64,000 bases of DNA. It comes from an uncultured bacterium. Its GTDB lineage: Bacteria; Actinomycetota; Coriobacteriia; Coriobacteriales; Coriobacteriaceae. Under the pieces are notes generated by a model that was given only the letters and a program-made list of their open reading frames with translations, had not been told where the DNA came from and did no database searches. Position 1 is the first letter of the stretch, and each line of letters begins with the position of its first letter. Position numbers and translations under genes: made by a program. The DNA lies in the NCBI GenBank assembly GCA_905214215.1, contig CAJMLP010000010.1, forward strand, positions 10-64,009. The letters are read 5' to 3'. Positions 1 to 9,256 of this stretch are shown piece by piece.

Positions 1-184
1 GCGTCAACTCGTAGCCACGCAGGCGAATCTCGAGCGGGTCGCCCATGGGGGCGTACTTCATCATGGTGACTTCGGTGCCCGGCGTCAGGCCCATGTCCAA
101 AATATGCTGACGGAGCGCCTGGTCGTCGGATGTCACCGATGCGACAACGGCGTCCTTTCCAATCTCGAGTGTATCGAGCTTCAC
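1..184 (-). CDS. feoA: FeoA-domain ferrous iron transport protein, 5' part (runs off the window; possibly a FeoA-FeoB fusion)
   Basis: Manual translation from GTG at 184: MKLDTLEIGKDAVVASVTSDDQALRQHILDMGLTPGTEVTMMKYAPMGDPLEIRLRGYELT. It has the FeoA motifs L.MG..PG and APMGDP; AAGGA RBS upstream. Confidence 0.85.
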   Translation of the reverse strand, partial: MKLDTLEIGKDAVVASVTSDDQALRQHILDMGLTPGTEVTMMKYAPMGDPLEIRLRGYELT

Positions 185-197
185 GCGCTCATCCTTT

Positions 198-232
198 CGT
201 TAGACGCGGTTAACCGTTTACCGGGGTTAACC
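198..232. promoter_or_regulatory. Tandem imperfect palindromes, candidate metal-repressor operator for feo
   Basis: CGTTAGACGCGGTTAAC and CGTTTACCGGGGTTAAC at 17-bp period directly upstream of the feoA RBS. Confidence 0.4.
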
Positions 233-305
233 AACTCGTAACGACAAATGATAGCGCTCTGAACTATTTTATAAAGTCAAATACCGATGTTTACCTGCGC
301 AAACT

Positions 306-626
306 TTATGCGGTGCGCCCCGAAGGCTCTTTACGCATACCGCTCAGCGAGATCGAAACGGAACCCGACCGCGCGGTAGCAGTGAGTCGATCACCCTCGA
401 CCGACCCCGTGCATGTAAAGGGCGCCTTGCCCATCAAGACGTGGGAGATAGTACCCAAGAGCTCAAAGAAATCGCCCTCAGCACGGGCACTCGAGAGAGC
501 GATATTGAGACCCCTGACGTTTAGTACTGCCCTGAGCGCGCCGTTCACCCCATGTGAAAACGTCACCTCGCCGCGCTTGCTCCCCACCGGCGTCTGGGCC
601 AAAACCACATACGTACCCTCAAGCAT
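306..626 (-). CDS. Small hypothetical beta-rich protein
   Basis: ORF with strong RBS GAGGAGG before ATG at 626; directly downstream of the hydrolase on the same strand. Confidence 0.65.
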   Translation of the reverse strand: MLEGTYVVLAQTPVGSKRGEVTFSHGVNGALRAVLNVRGLNIALSSARAEGDFFELLGTISHVLMGKAPFTCTGSVEGDRLTATARSGSVSISLSGMRKEPSGRTA

Positions 627-673
627 GGCTCCTCCTCTAAGCAGACTTTTTGAAACGGGCAAGTAGTCTACTT

Positions 674-1573
674 TTACATATGGCGCTCCAGGAAGCGGAA
701 GGCTAGGCGGATCCAGGGACGGACGGAAACCTGCTTGTCCTCGTTGTCGACCGCGGTGTTGGCGTTACCGAGCGAAAGGCCGTGGCCGCCCTGGTCAAAG
801 ACGTGCATCTCGCATGCGACGCCCTCCTCGGCCATGCGCTGCGCAAACGGGTAGACCTGCGCGATCGGCGCCGTCTTGTCGTCGGACACGCCCCACACAA
901 AGGTCGGCGGCATCTGACGCGAAACATGCGTGGTGGGGCAGATATCGGCCAGGTGCTCGTCGGTGGCCTCGCCGCCCGTCACCATCGACAGATAGTCGTT
1001 GAGTAAATCGCGCCCCGTCTTGCCACCCGTCTTGGGCACGCGCAGGTCGATGCGCGGGTCGCGCGTCTGCATATCACGCACATAGGCAAAGTCGAGCAGC
1101 GGATAGCCCAGCACCACGGCATCGGGGCGAATGTCGTCCGGACGCGCCCCGGCAAGTGCCGCGAAGGGGCCGGTCTTCCACTGCGTTGCCAGCGAGGCAC
1201 AGATCATGCCGCCCGCCGAGAATCCCACGACGCACACGCGCTTAGGATCGACATGCCACTCGTCGGCGTTGGCGCGCACCGTGGCGACCATCTTGGCAAG
1301 ATCTGCCTGGGGGCGCGGAAAGCTCACGTCACCCGTAGAACTCGTGACATAGTTGAGCACAAAGGCCTGGTAGCCGCGGTCCAAAAATGCAAACGCCACC
1401 GGGTCCTGCTCGTGCGGAGCGATATGCGTAAACCCGCCTCCGCCGCAGATGATCACCGCGGGGCGGCGGCCATTGGGCTTGTCGGGCAGCGGCTCGGCAC
1501 CCAGATACGTAAAGGTCGCCGGATAATCCTCGGTCGGCTCCTCGCCCCACAGCGCATAGTTCTCGACAATCAT
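674..1573 (-). CDS. Alpha/beta hydrolase (acetyl esterase/lipase-like)
   Basis: CGGGGF oxyanion motif, GFSAGG nucleophile elbow, C-terminal DDKT and GGHG catalytic Asp/His. Confidence 0.85.
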   Translation of the reverse strand: MIVENYALWGEEPTEDYPATFTYLGAEPLPDKPNGRRPAVIICGGGGFTHIAPHEQDPVAFAFLDRGYQAFVLNYVTSSTGDVSFPRPQADLAKMVATVRANADEWHVDPKRVCVVGFSAGGMICASLATQWKTGPFAALAGARPDDIRPDAVVLGYPLLDFAYVRDMQTRDPRIDLRVPKTGGKTGRDLLNDYLSMVTGGEATDEHLADICPTTHVSRQMPPTFVWGVSDDKTAPIAQVYPFAQRMAEEGVACEMHVFDQGGHGLSLGNANTAVDNEDKQVSVRPWIRLAFRFLERHM

Positions 1574-1758
1574 ATGTGCTCCCTTCGCGCAAATTATGCG
1601 CCCTTGTTTTTGCCTTCAAGCGTACCCCACTTGAACCCGTGGCGCAGAAACACACCAGCAATAAGTTTCCCTTCAACTGATATATCACATAATCCCAGCT
1701 CAGAGGTATCGCTGAGCAGCGTAAAATAGGGGGCGTTGACCAAGCCGCGAAACACATA

Positions 1759-1770
1759 TGAAACGTTTCC
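1759..1770. promoter_or_regulatory. LacI/CcpA-type operator-like palindrome
   Basis: TGAAACGTTTCC downstream of a TTGACC -35-like hexamer (1736) and upstream of a PTS gene. Confidence 0.45.
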
Positions 1771-1816
1771 GGCAAACCAAACGCGCGATATGCGCCTATT
1801 TAAGTTGGAGGCAACT

Positions 1817-2380
1817 ATGGGTCTGCTCGATTCGCTTAAGTCCACCTTCACCTCGACCGGCGAGGCGTCCGTTCCGCCCGCAGCAAGCTTCGCCACCCGC
1901 GAAGGCGTCATCTATGCCCCCGTCAACGGCGTGCTCGTCAACCTGGACGAAGTTCCCGACGAGACGATCGCCTCGGGCATGCTTGGCCAGGGCTATGGCA
2001 TCGAGCCCATTACCGGCACCATCTATGCGCCCGCCAACGGCCGCATCGGCGCCACCACTGTCACCAACCACTCCATTGGCATGATCACCGAGGACGGTCT
2101 TCGCGTGTTCATCCATGTTGGCCTGGGCACCGTGGAAATGAACGGCAAGGGTTTTGCCCGCTTTGTCGAGATGGGCGATGTGGTCAAGGCAGGCCAGCCG
2201 CTCATCAGCTTCGACCGCGAGGCCATTAAGGCCGCTGGTCACGAGGACATCGTGACCGTCATCGTCTCCGAGCTCGATCGTCTTAAGAGCATCGACCATG
2301 TCGGCGAGTCTGGAACGCTTATCGGCGGCAACCCGCTCGTCAAGCTTGGCGACCCGCTGCTGGTAGCCAAGACCAAGTAG
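1817..2380 (+). CDS. Stand-alone PTS EIIA component, glucose family
   Basis: [25 protein letters not shown] and [15 protein letters not shown] motifs; GGAGG RBS before ATG 1817. Confidence 0.85.
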   Translation: MGLLDSLKSTFTSTGEASVPPAASFATREGVIYAPVNGVLVNLDEVPDETIASGMLGQGYGIEPITGTIYAPANGRIGATTVTNHSIGMITEDGLRVFIHVGLGTVEMNGKGFARFVEMGDVVKAGQPLISFDREAIKAAGHEDIVTVIVSELDRLKSIDHVGESGTLIGGNPLVKLGDPLLVAKTK

Positions 2381-2561
2381 CCAGGCCCCGCGCCACACAG
2401 CCAAAAGGCACCTCGTCAAGCGCCCGCGACCATCTGGCCGCGGGCGCTTTTCGTTTGAAAAACCATCCCGCCAATGCCTTATCTGTATAGCCCAAATGAG
2501 CCGAGCTGCTAGAATATCGAACTGTATGGATAGCTATCATTCAACCGTTATGGGAGGATAC

Positions 2562-3965
2562 GTGAACCGCACCAAAATCGCGCAGCTCTATGCCGATGCC
2601 GAGTCGCTCGGCGGCCAGACCGTCACCGTCGCCGGCTGGGTCAAGTCCGTCCGCGACATGAAGAACTTTGGCTTTGTTACGCTCAACGACGGCAGCTGCT
2701 TCCGCGACCTGCAGGTCGTCATGAACCGCGAGGCACTCGACAACTACGACGAGATCGCCCATCAAAACGTCTCGGCCGCACTCATTTGCACCGGCACCGT
2801 CAAGCTGACCCCCGATGCGCCCCAGCCTTTCGAGCTTTCTGCCACCTCCATCGAGGTCGAGGGCGTCAGCGCCCCGGATTACCCGCTGCAGAAGAAGCGC
2901 GCAACCGTCGAGTTCCTGCGCACCCAGCAGCACCTGCGCCCGCGCACCAACCTGTTCCGCGCCGTGTTCCGCATCCGCTCTGTCGCGGCTGCTGCCATCC
3001 ACCGCTTCTTCCAAGAGCAGGGCTTTGTCTACGTCAACACCCCCATCATCACCACGAGTGACTGCGAGGGCGCCGGCGAGATGTTCCGCGTGACCACGCT
3101 CGACCCCAAAAATCCGCCCCTCACCGAGTCCGGCGAGGTCGACTGGAGCCAGGACTTCTTTGGCAAGCATGCGAGCCTCACCGTGTCCGGCCAGCTCAAT
3201 GCCGAGAACTTTGCCATGGCCTTTGGCGACGTGTACACCTTTGGCCCCACCTTCCGTGCCGAGAACTCCAACACCACGCGCCACGCCGCCGAGTTTTGGA
3301 TGATCGAGCCCGAGATGGCCTTTGCCGACCTTAACGACTATATGGATAACGCCGAGGCCATGCTCAAGTATGTCCTCAAGGACGTCATGGCAACCTGCCC
3401 CGACGAGCTCAATATGCTCAACAAGTTTGTGGACAAGGGTCTGCTCGAGCGCCTGGACCATGTCGCCAACTCCGACTTTGCCCGCGTTACCTACACCGAG
3501 GCCGTCGAGATCCTGGAGCAGGCCGTCGCCGCCGGTCACAAGTTTGACTATCCCGTGAGCTGGGGCATCGACCTGCAAACCGAGCACGAGCGTTTCCTGA
3601 CCGAGGAACACTTTAAGCGACCGACTTTTGTGACCGACTACCCGGCCGAGATCAAGGCGTTCTACATGCGCATGAACGAGGACGGCAAGACCGTCGCCGC
3701 CGCCGACTGCCTGGTTCCCGGTATCGGCGAGATTATCGGCGGCTCCCAGCGCGAGGAGCGCCTGGATCTGCTCGAGGCCCGCATCAAGGACCTGGGCATG
3801 AATCCCGAGCAGTACAAGTACTACCTTGACCTGCGCCGCTACGGTTCCTGCAAGCACGCCGGCTACGGTCTGGGCTTCGAGCGCTTGGTCATGTATCTGA
3901 CCGGCGTGGGCAACATCCGCGACGTCCTGCCGCACCCGCGCACCGTGGGCAACGCCGACTTCTAA
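2562..3965 (+). CDS. asnS: Asparagine--tRNA ligase
   Basis: [31 protein letters not shown] and GLGFERL motifs; GGAGG RBS before GTG 2562. Confidence 0.97.
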   Translation: MNRTKIAQLYADAESLGGQTVTVAGWVKSVRDMKNFGFVTLNDGSCFRDLQVVMNREALDNYDEIAHQNVSAALICTGTVKLTPDAPQPFELSATSIEVEGVSAPDYPLQKKRATVEFLRTQQHLRPRTNLFRAVFRIRSVAAAAIHRFFQEQGFVYVNTPIITTSDCEGAGEMFRVTTLDPKNPPLTESGEVDWSQDFFGKHASLTVSGQLNAENFAMAFGDVYTFGPTFRAENSNTTRHAAEFWMIEPEMAFADLNDYMDNAEAMLKYVLKDVMATCPDELNMLNKFVDKGLLERLDHVANSDFARVTYTEAVEILEQAVAAGHKFDYPVSWGIDLQTEHERFLTEEHFKRPTFVTDYPAEIKAFYMRMNEDGKTVAAADCLVPGIGEIIGGSQREERLDLLEARIKDLGMNPEQYKYYLDLRRYGSCKHAGYGLGFERLVMYLTGVGNIRDVLPHPRTVGNADF

Positions 3966-4011
3966 TCGTCGGACGCTAGCTCGCGTCGCCACACGCCAAC
4001 GCTCATCGCAC

Positions 4012-4047
4012 AAGCGCCTCTCGACATCGGTCGAGAGGCGCTTTTTT
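4012..4047 (+). terminator. Rho-independent terminator of asnS
   Basis: AAGCGCCTCTCGA-loop-TCGAGAGGCGCTT followed by a T tract. Confidence 0.85.
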
Positions 4048-4214
4048 CAACAGCACCCGTCAAGCTTTTGGCAAGTTTTTGGTCAGTTGAGCAGGGCTGT
4101 TGAAAACTCGACCCGCCGTTTGCCGACGACTACCGACCGCCCAGAGCGCCCTGCGCCCCTGGGAAAGCCCCACGTCCTAGGCTCCATACCGTCGCCACCC
4201 AAAACGGAAAGGAC

Positions 4215-5009
4215 GTGGGCACCATGACCGAAGCCGCTGTTGAAACCTACGACACCACGACTAGAGGCGCCGCCTCGATGGCAGCCTATCGCGCCGTTCG
4301 CATCCTGCAACTATTAAGCGAAAACACCGGCGAGGACAAGGCCATGCTTTCCGATGAGTTGATCCGGCGCCTCGCCCATCCCGACGACCCCGCCCGCATG
4401 CCCATCTCGGCGGCGCGGCGCAGTATCTACACCGCCATCTCTGCGCTTCGCCATGCCGGATACGAAATTGAGTACAAACGCGGCGTGGGCTACAAACTTC
4501 TTACCCGCCCGCTCACCGATGAAGAGATCATCCGGCTCCACGGCATGGTCATGCGCAACCGCTCTACGCCCATCGCCATTCGAAAAAGCATGGCGCAGCA
4601 CTTAGTTGCCATGGCGAGCGCCGACGTTCGCGGCTACCTCGATACACCCGAACCCGCTCCAAACGCAGGCAGCAAGGCTACCAAGGCAACACACACGCCC
4701 ATCAAGCGCATCGACACGTGCGAGCTCGTCGAGCAGGCCATCGACCACGGAACCACGGTGAGTTTTGATATTTCGAGCGTCACGACGCGCGGCGAAACCG
4801 AAGCAGCACGGATGACACTCCGTCCCTTTGCCATCAGGCAGCGCGATGGCATCTCGTATTTGCTGGGAACGGTCTATGACGCCCGAGGCGCCGATGACAC
4901 GTTGCGTACCGTAGAGATTGGCCGAATGAGAAACGTCACCACACGTCTCCTCGACGGCAAGAAGCTCTTCGCCGCCCTGGACGAGGACGACACCTCCTCC
5001 GCCGCATAA
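4215..5009 (+). CDS. wHTH + WYL-like domain transcriptional regulator
   Basis: N-terminal RILQLL...RRSIYTAISAL..GY wHTH and C-terminal LRPFAI....SYLLG...RTVEIGRM WYL-like pattern. Confidence 0.65.
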   Translation: MGTMTEAAVETYDTTTRGAASMAAYRAVRILQLLSENTGEDKAMLSDELIRRLAHPDDPARMPISAARRSIYTAISALRHAGYEIEYKRGVGYKLLTRPLTDEEIIRLHGMVMRNRSTPIAIRKSMAQHLVAMASADVRGYLDTPEPAPNAGSKATKATHTPIKRIDTCELVEQAIDHGTTVSFDISSVTTRGETEAARMTLRPFAIRQRDGISYLLGTVYDARGADDTLRTVEIGRMRNVTTRLLDGKKLFAALDEDDTSSAA

Positions 5010-5169
5010 GACCCTCCGCCGCCCATTCGACTACCCGTACCGCCCATCCGATTCTGTATTAAAAAACCCGCCAGGCTGTTGTAAAAATGGACATCAGCGC
5101 TACTATAGTTCCACTTGCACTTTGTCCCAGTGCAGTGTTTCCAGCCATTTTTATACTGGGGGTAATGAT

Positions 5170-6150
5170 ATGAAGGACATCACCATCAGCCGCAGGAGCC
5201 TCCTGGTCTCCGCCGGCCTGCTCGCACTCGCCCCGCTCGCCGGATGCGGCGGCAACTCTGGTTCCGGCTCTGCTGCCGCCGGTTCCGACTACACCATCGG
5301 CGTTCTGCAGCTCACCGAGCACTCCGCACTCGATGCCGCCAACGACGGCTTTGTCAAGGCCATCAAGGAGAGCGGCCTTAAGGTCAAGATCGACCAGAAG
5401 AACGCCCAGAACGACCAGTCCACGTGTAAGTCCATTGCCGACAAGTTTGTGGGCGACAACGTCAACCTGATTTATGCCATCGCCACGCCCGCCGCGCAGG
5501 CTGCCGCCGGCGCCACGGCCGATATCCCCATCGTGGGCTGCGCCATCACCGACTATGCCGCCTCGGGCCTGGTCCAGGACAACGATAAGCCCGGCACCAA
5601 CGTCACGGGCGCCTCCGACCTCACCCCGGTCGCCGAGCAGCTCGAGATGATGCAGAAGGTCCTGCCCGACGTAAAGAAGATCGGTCTGCTCTACTGCACC
5701 GCCGAGTCCAACTCCGACGTCCAGATCAAGGCCGCCAAGAAGGAACTCGACAAACTGGGCCTGGAGTACACCGACTTCACCGTCTCGAGTTCCAACGAGA
5801 TCCAGTCCGTCGTCGAATCTGCCGTGGGCAAGGTCGACGCGCTCTACTCCCCCACTGACAACACCATCGCCGCGGGCGCCTCGCAGGTGGGCCAGATCTG
5901 CAAGGAGAACAAGCTTCCCTTCGTGACCGGCGAGGAGGGCATGTGCATGGCCGGCGGCCTGTTCACCCTCTCCATCAACTACGAGGATCTGGGCTACGCC
6001 GCGGGCGAAATGGCCGTCAAGATTCTTAAGGGCGAGGCCAAGCCCGAGGATATGCCGATCAAGCATCTCTCGAGCAAGGACCTGGTCGTCGTCAAGAACG
6101 ACGAAATGGCCGAGGCGCTGGGCATCGATCTTTCCGCTCTGGACGAGTAG
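5170..6150 (+). CDS. ABC transporter substrate-binding lipoprotein (aromatic amino acid / TrpX-like family)
   Basis: SRRSLL Tat-like leader with LAGC lipobox; EHSALD, ATPAAQA, NVTGASD and PTDNT motifs. Confidence 0.85.
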   Translation: MKDITISRRSLLVSAGLLALAPLAGCGGNSGSGSAAAGSDYTIGVLQLTEHSALDAANDGFVKAIKESGLKVKIDQKNAQNDQSTCKSIADKFVGDNVNLIYAIATPAAQAAAGATADIPIVGCAITDYAASGLVQDNDKPGTNVTGASDLTPVAEQLEMMQKVLPDVKKIGLLYCTAESNSDVQIKAAKKELDKLGLEYTDFTVSSSNEIQSVVESAVGKVDALYSPTDNTIAAGASQVGQICKENKLPFVTGEEGMCMAGGLFTLSINYEDLGYAAGEMAVKILKGEAKPEDMPIKHLSSKDLVVVKNDEMAEALGIDLSALDE

Positions 6151-6354
6151 CGGCATGCGCGGCAATGTGCCTAGGGCCCATACTCGCGCCGTTGCCGTGT
6201 TATTCAATATCTGAGCCACAGGGGCGAACGCCAAAGACCGGCGTTCGCCCTGCTTGTTACGGATGAGACAAAACATTCGTCCGCAGCTCTTTTATGCATT
6301 GTTACCGCTATTATGGTGACTCACGTGTCCATCCTATCCTAGGAGGTATGAAGC

Positions 6355-7278
6355 ATGCTCATTGCATTGCAGGGCGCTGTTTCGCAAGGCGTCCTCTGGG
6401 GCATTATGGTGCTTGGCGTGTTTATCACGTTCCGCCTGCTCGACATTCCCGATATGACCTGCGACGGCAGCTTTGCCCTCGGCGGCTGCGTCTGCGCTGT
6501 GCTCATCGTCAATAACAACGTCGACCCGCTGCTCGCTGTGCTGGCCGGTATGTGCGCCGGCGCCATCGCGGGTGCCGTCACGGGCATTTTGACCACCGTC
6601 TTTGAGATTCCCGCGATCCTCGCCGGAATCCTCACCCAGATCAGCCTGTGGTCCATCAACCTGCGCATCATGGGCAAGTCCAATACGCCCATTCTTGCCA
6701 AGGGCACCGTGTTCTCGGCCGTCAGCAATATGACCGGTCTGCCGCAGTCCACCGTTGCCATCATCTTGGGCATCCTGCTCGCCGTGGCTATCGTTGCCAT
6801 CCTGTATTGGTTCTTTGGCACCGAGATCGGCTCGGCGCTGCGCGCCACCGGCAACAACGAGTACATGATCCGCGCTCTAGGCGTCAACACCAACTCCACC
6901 AAGATGATCGCCCTCGTGCTCTCCAACGCCCTCATCGGCCTTTCGGGCGCGCTCATCTGCCAGAGCCAAAAGTATGCCGACATTGGCATGGGCACCGGCG
7001 CCATCGTTATCGGTCTTGCCGCCATCGTCATCGGCGAGGTGCTCGGCCGCCTGCTGCCCGGCGGTCTCACGCAGTTCTCCGTCCGTCTGGCCTCCGCCGT
7101 CTTTGGCTCCGTGGTGTACTTCCTCATCCGCGCCATCGTGCTGCAGCTGGGCATGGACGCCAACGACATGAAACTGCTCTCTGCTGTGATTGTCGCCGTG
7201 GCCCTGTGCGTGCCCGTGGTTTGGGAGCGCTATAAGCTCCGCAGCTCCTACACGAAGGGAGATGAGGCAGATGCTTAA
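6355..7278 (+). CDS. ABC transporter permease
   Basis: Hydrophobic; PDMTCDGSF, SINLRIMG and GSALRATGNN motifs. Confidence 0.9.
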   Translation: MLIALQGAVSQGVLWGIMVLGVFITFRLLDIPDMTCDGSFALGGCVCAVLIVNNNVDPLLAVLAGMCAGAIAGAVTGILTTVFEIPAILAGILTQISLWSINLRIMGKSNTPILAKGTVFSAVSNMTGLPQSTVAIILGILLAVAIVAILYWFFGTEIGSALRATGNNEYMIRALGVNTNSTKMIALVLSNALIGLSGALICQSQKYADIGMGTGAIVIGLAAIVIGEVLGRLLPGGLTQFSVRLASAVFGSVVYFLIRAIVLQLGMDANDMKLLSAVIVAVALCVPVVWERYKLRSSYTKGDEADA

Positions 7279-8065
7279 GCTCTCGCACGTCAAGAAGACC
7301 TTTAACAAGGGCACCGTCACCGAGAAGCGCGCGCTCACCGGCGTCGACCTTACCCTCAACGACGGCGACTTTGTAACTGTGATCGGCGGCAACGGCGCCG
7401 GCAAATCCACGCTGCTCAACATGATTGCCGGCGTATATCCGCTCGATTCGGGCGTTATCGAGCTCGACGGCACCGACATCTCGCGCCTGAGCGAGTCGCA
7501 GCGCGCCAAGTACCTGGGCCGCGTGTTCCAGGATCCCATGCGCGGCACCGCAGCCGACATGCAGATTGCCGAGAACTTGGCCCTCGCCAAGCGTCGCGGC
7601 CAGCGTCGCGGCCTTTCGTGGGGCGTCACCAAGGCCGAGAAGGACGAGTACGTTGAGTTGCTCAAGCGCCTGGACCTTGGCCTGGACACGCGCCTCAACG
7701 CCAAGGTCGGCCTGCTTTCGGGTGGCCAGCGCCAGGCACTCACGCTGCTCATGGCCACGCTCACCAAGCCGCGCTTGCTGCTGCTCGACGAGCACACCGC
7801 GGCACTCGACCCCAAGACCGCCTCTAAGGTGCTCAATCTGACCGAGGAGATTGTCGACGAGAACCACCTGACCACGCTCATGGTCACGCACAACATGAAT
7901 GACGCCATCCGTCTGGGCAATCGCCTGATCATGATGCACGAGGGCCACGTTATCTACGACGTGGCGGGCGACGAGAAGAAGTCGCTCACCGTCGCCGACC
8001 TGCTGCAGAAGTTCGAGGAGGTCTCGGGCGGCGAGCTCGCCAACGACCGCATGCTGCTGAGCTAA
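7271..8065 (+). CDS. ABC transporter ATP-binding protein
   Basis: Walker A GGNGAGKST, signature LSGGQRQ, LLLDEHTAALDP. Confidence 0.93.
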   Translation: MLKLSHVKKTFNKGTVTEKRALTGVDLTLNDGDFVTVIGGNGAGKSTLLNMIAGVYPLDSGVIELDGTDISRLSESQRAKYLGRVFQDPMRGTAADMQIAENLALAKRRGQRRGLSWGVTKAEKDEYVELLKRLDLGLDTRLNAKVGLLSGGQRQALTLLMATLTKPRLLLLDEHTAALDPKTASKVLNLTEEIVDENHLTTLMVTHNMNDAIRLGNRLIMMHEGHVIYDVAGDEKKSLTVADLLQKFEEVSGGELANDRMLLS

Positions 8066-8104
8066 AACCTGCCAATAAGGGACAGGTTTATTTTGGCAGG
8101 TTTT
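8064..8104 (+). repeat. REP-like hairpin, GGGACAGG family, subtype A
   Basis: AAAACCTGCCAATAAGGGACAGGTTTATTTTGGCAGGTTTT; near-identical inverted copy at 46805-46843. Confidence 0.8.
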
Positions 8105-8395
8105 ATCTGCGCAAACGTCAAAACCGCCGCAAAGGAACAGATACCTTTGCGACGGTTTTCGCATATCATGTCGATAATCCAGCGTCAGCAGGAACCACTG
8201 GTTAAGAACTAAGGAAACTGCCATGAGAAGACTCCTTCCCCGTCTTGCTTGACCGCCGCACTCCTTGCCGGCGTGCTCGCCGGCGGCCCAGCTTACGCCA
8301 CCGCGGCCACCCCATCTCAAGTTATCGGCCCGTCCGATGTGATGGGCTTTTTGGTGGGTATCATGGTTGAATGATCATTAGGAGGTTTTCCCTAC

Positions 8396-9163
8396 ATGGA
8401 ATTGTTTGAACCGATTCTTCATTTCTTTGAGCAGCGCTGGGTCCACAACATCATCTGGGCCGTCATCTTGGTAATAGTCACCGCCATCGCCGCCAAGGTG
8501 GCATCCAAGACCCTGCGCCACCTACTCAACCGAGACGACAACCCGCTTCCCGCATCGAGCATCTTCATCAACATCGCGCGTGCCGTCATTTGGATGATCG
8601 GCGGCAGCTTTATCCTCGACAACTGCTTTGGCATTAACGCAAACGCGCTCGTCGCCGCTCTTGGCGTCGGCGGCATCGCCATCTCGCTCGGCTTTCAGGA
8701 CACGCTATCAAACCTTATCGGCGGCATGCAAGTGACCTTTATGGGCATCATCAAGCCCGGCGACAATATCGAGGTCGGCGGCGTGTCGGGCGTGGTCCAG
8801 GACATCACTTGGCGCCACACGACCATCGAGGACGCCTGCGGACAGACCATCATCGTCCCCAACTCCAACATCTCCAAGAACACACTCGTGCACCTCATGC
8901 CCTTTGGACGCGTTGTCGTTCCCGTCGCGGTGAAGGACACGTCAAAGTGGGACTCGCTCGATGCGCTGGCAGACGAGCTCGCCTGTGCCACCAAGGTCGC
9001 CGTTTCACCCATCTCGGGCTTTGACAAGGAACCCTACGTGCTCTTTAGCGAGATCGGCGACTTTGGCATTAAGGGTAAGATCATCTTTATCGTCAGTGAC
9101 GACAGCACCACCTTTACGGCAGCCGACGCCTGCATCCGCGCCATCGCCCCCATCATCGCCTAA
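8396..9163 (+). CDS. mscS: Small-conductance mechanosensitive channel family protein
   Basis: GVGGIAISLGFQDTLSNLIGG, GDNIEV..VSGVV.DITWRHT and IIVPNS motifs. Confidence 0.88.
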   Translation: MELFEPILHFFEQRWVHNIIWAVILVIVTAIAAKVASKTLRHLLNRDDNPLPASSIFINIARAVIWMIGGSFILDNCFGINANALVAALGVGGIAISLGFQDTLSNLIGGMQVTFMGIIKPGDNIEVGGVSGVVQDITWRHTTIEDACGQTIIVPNSNISKNTLVHLMPFGRVVVPVAVKDTSKWDSLDALADELACATKVAVSPISGFDKEPYVLFSEIGDFGIKGKIIFIVSDDSTTFTAADACIRAIAPIIA

Positions 9164-9200
9164 ACTACCACAAAGGGGACAGGCACCTTTGTGGTAGTTT
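9162..9200 (+). repeat. REP-like hairpin, GGGACAGG family, subtype B
   Basis: AAACTACCACAAAGGGGACAGGCACCTTTGTGGTAGTTT, overlapping the mscS stop codon. Confidence 0.8.
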
Positions 9201-9256
9201 CGCATCGTGGTACCATGGTTCATATCGTTGTTTAAACGACTAAGGGAGTAGACACC

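Noticed and set aside
2380..2561. T-box leader before asnS (also sought before cysS and lysS)
   Set aside because: No T-box consensus (AAGGTGGCACC/GGTGGTACCGCG-like) or room for stem I was found; cysS and lysS have very short upstream gaps.
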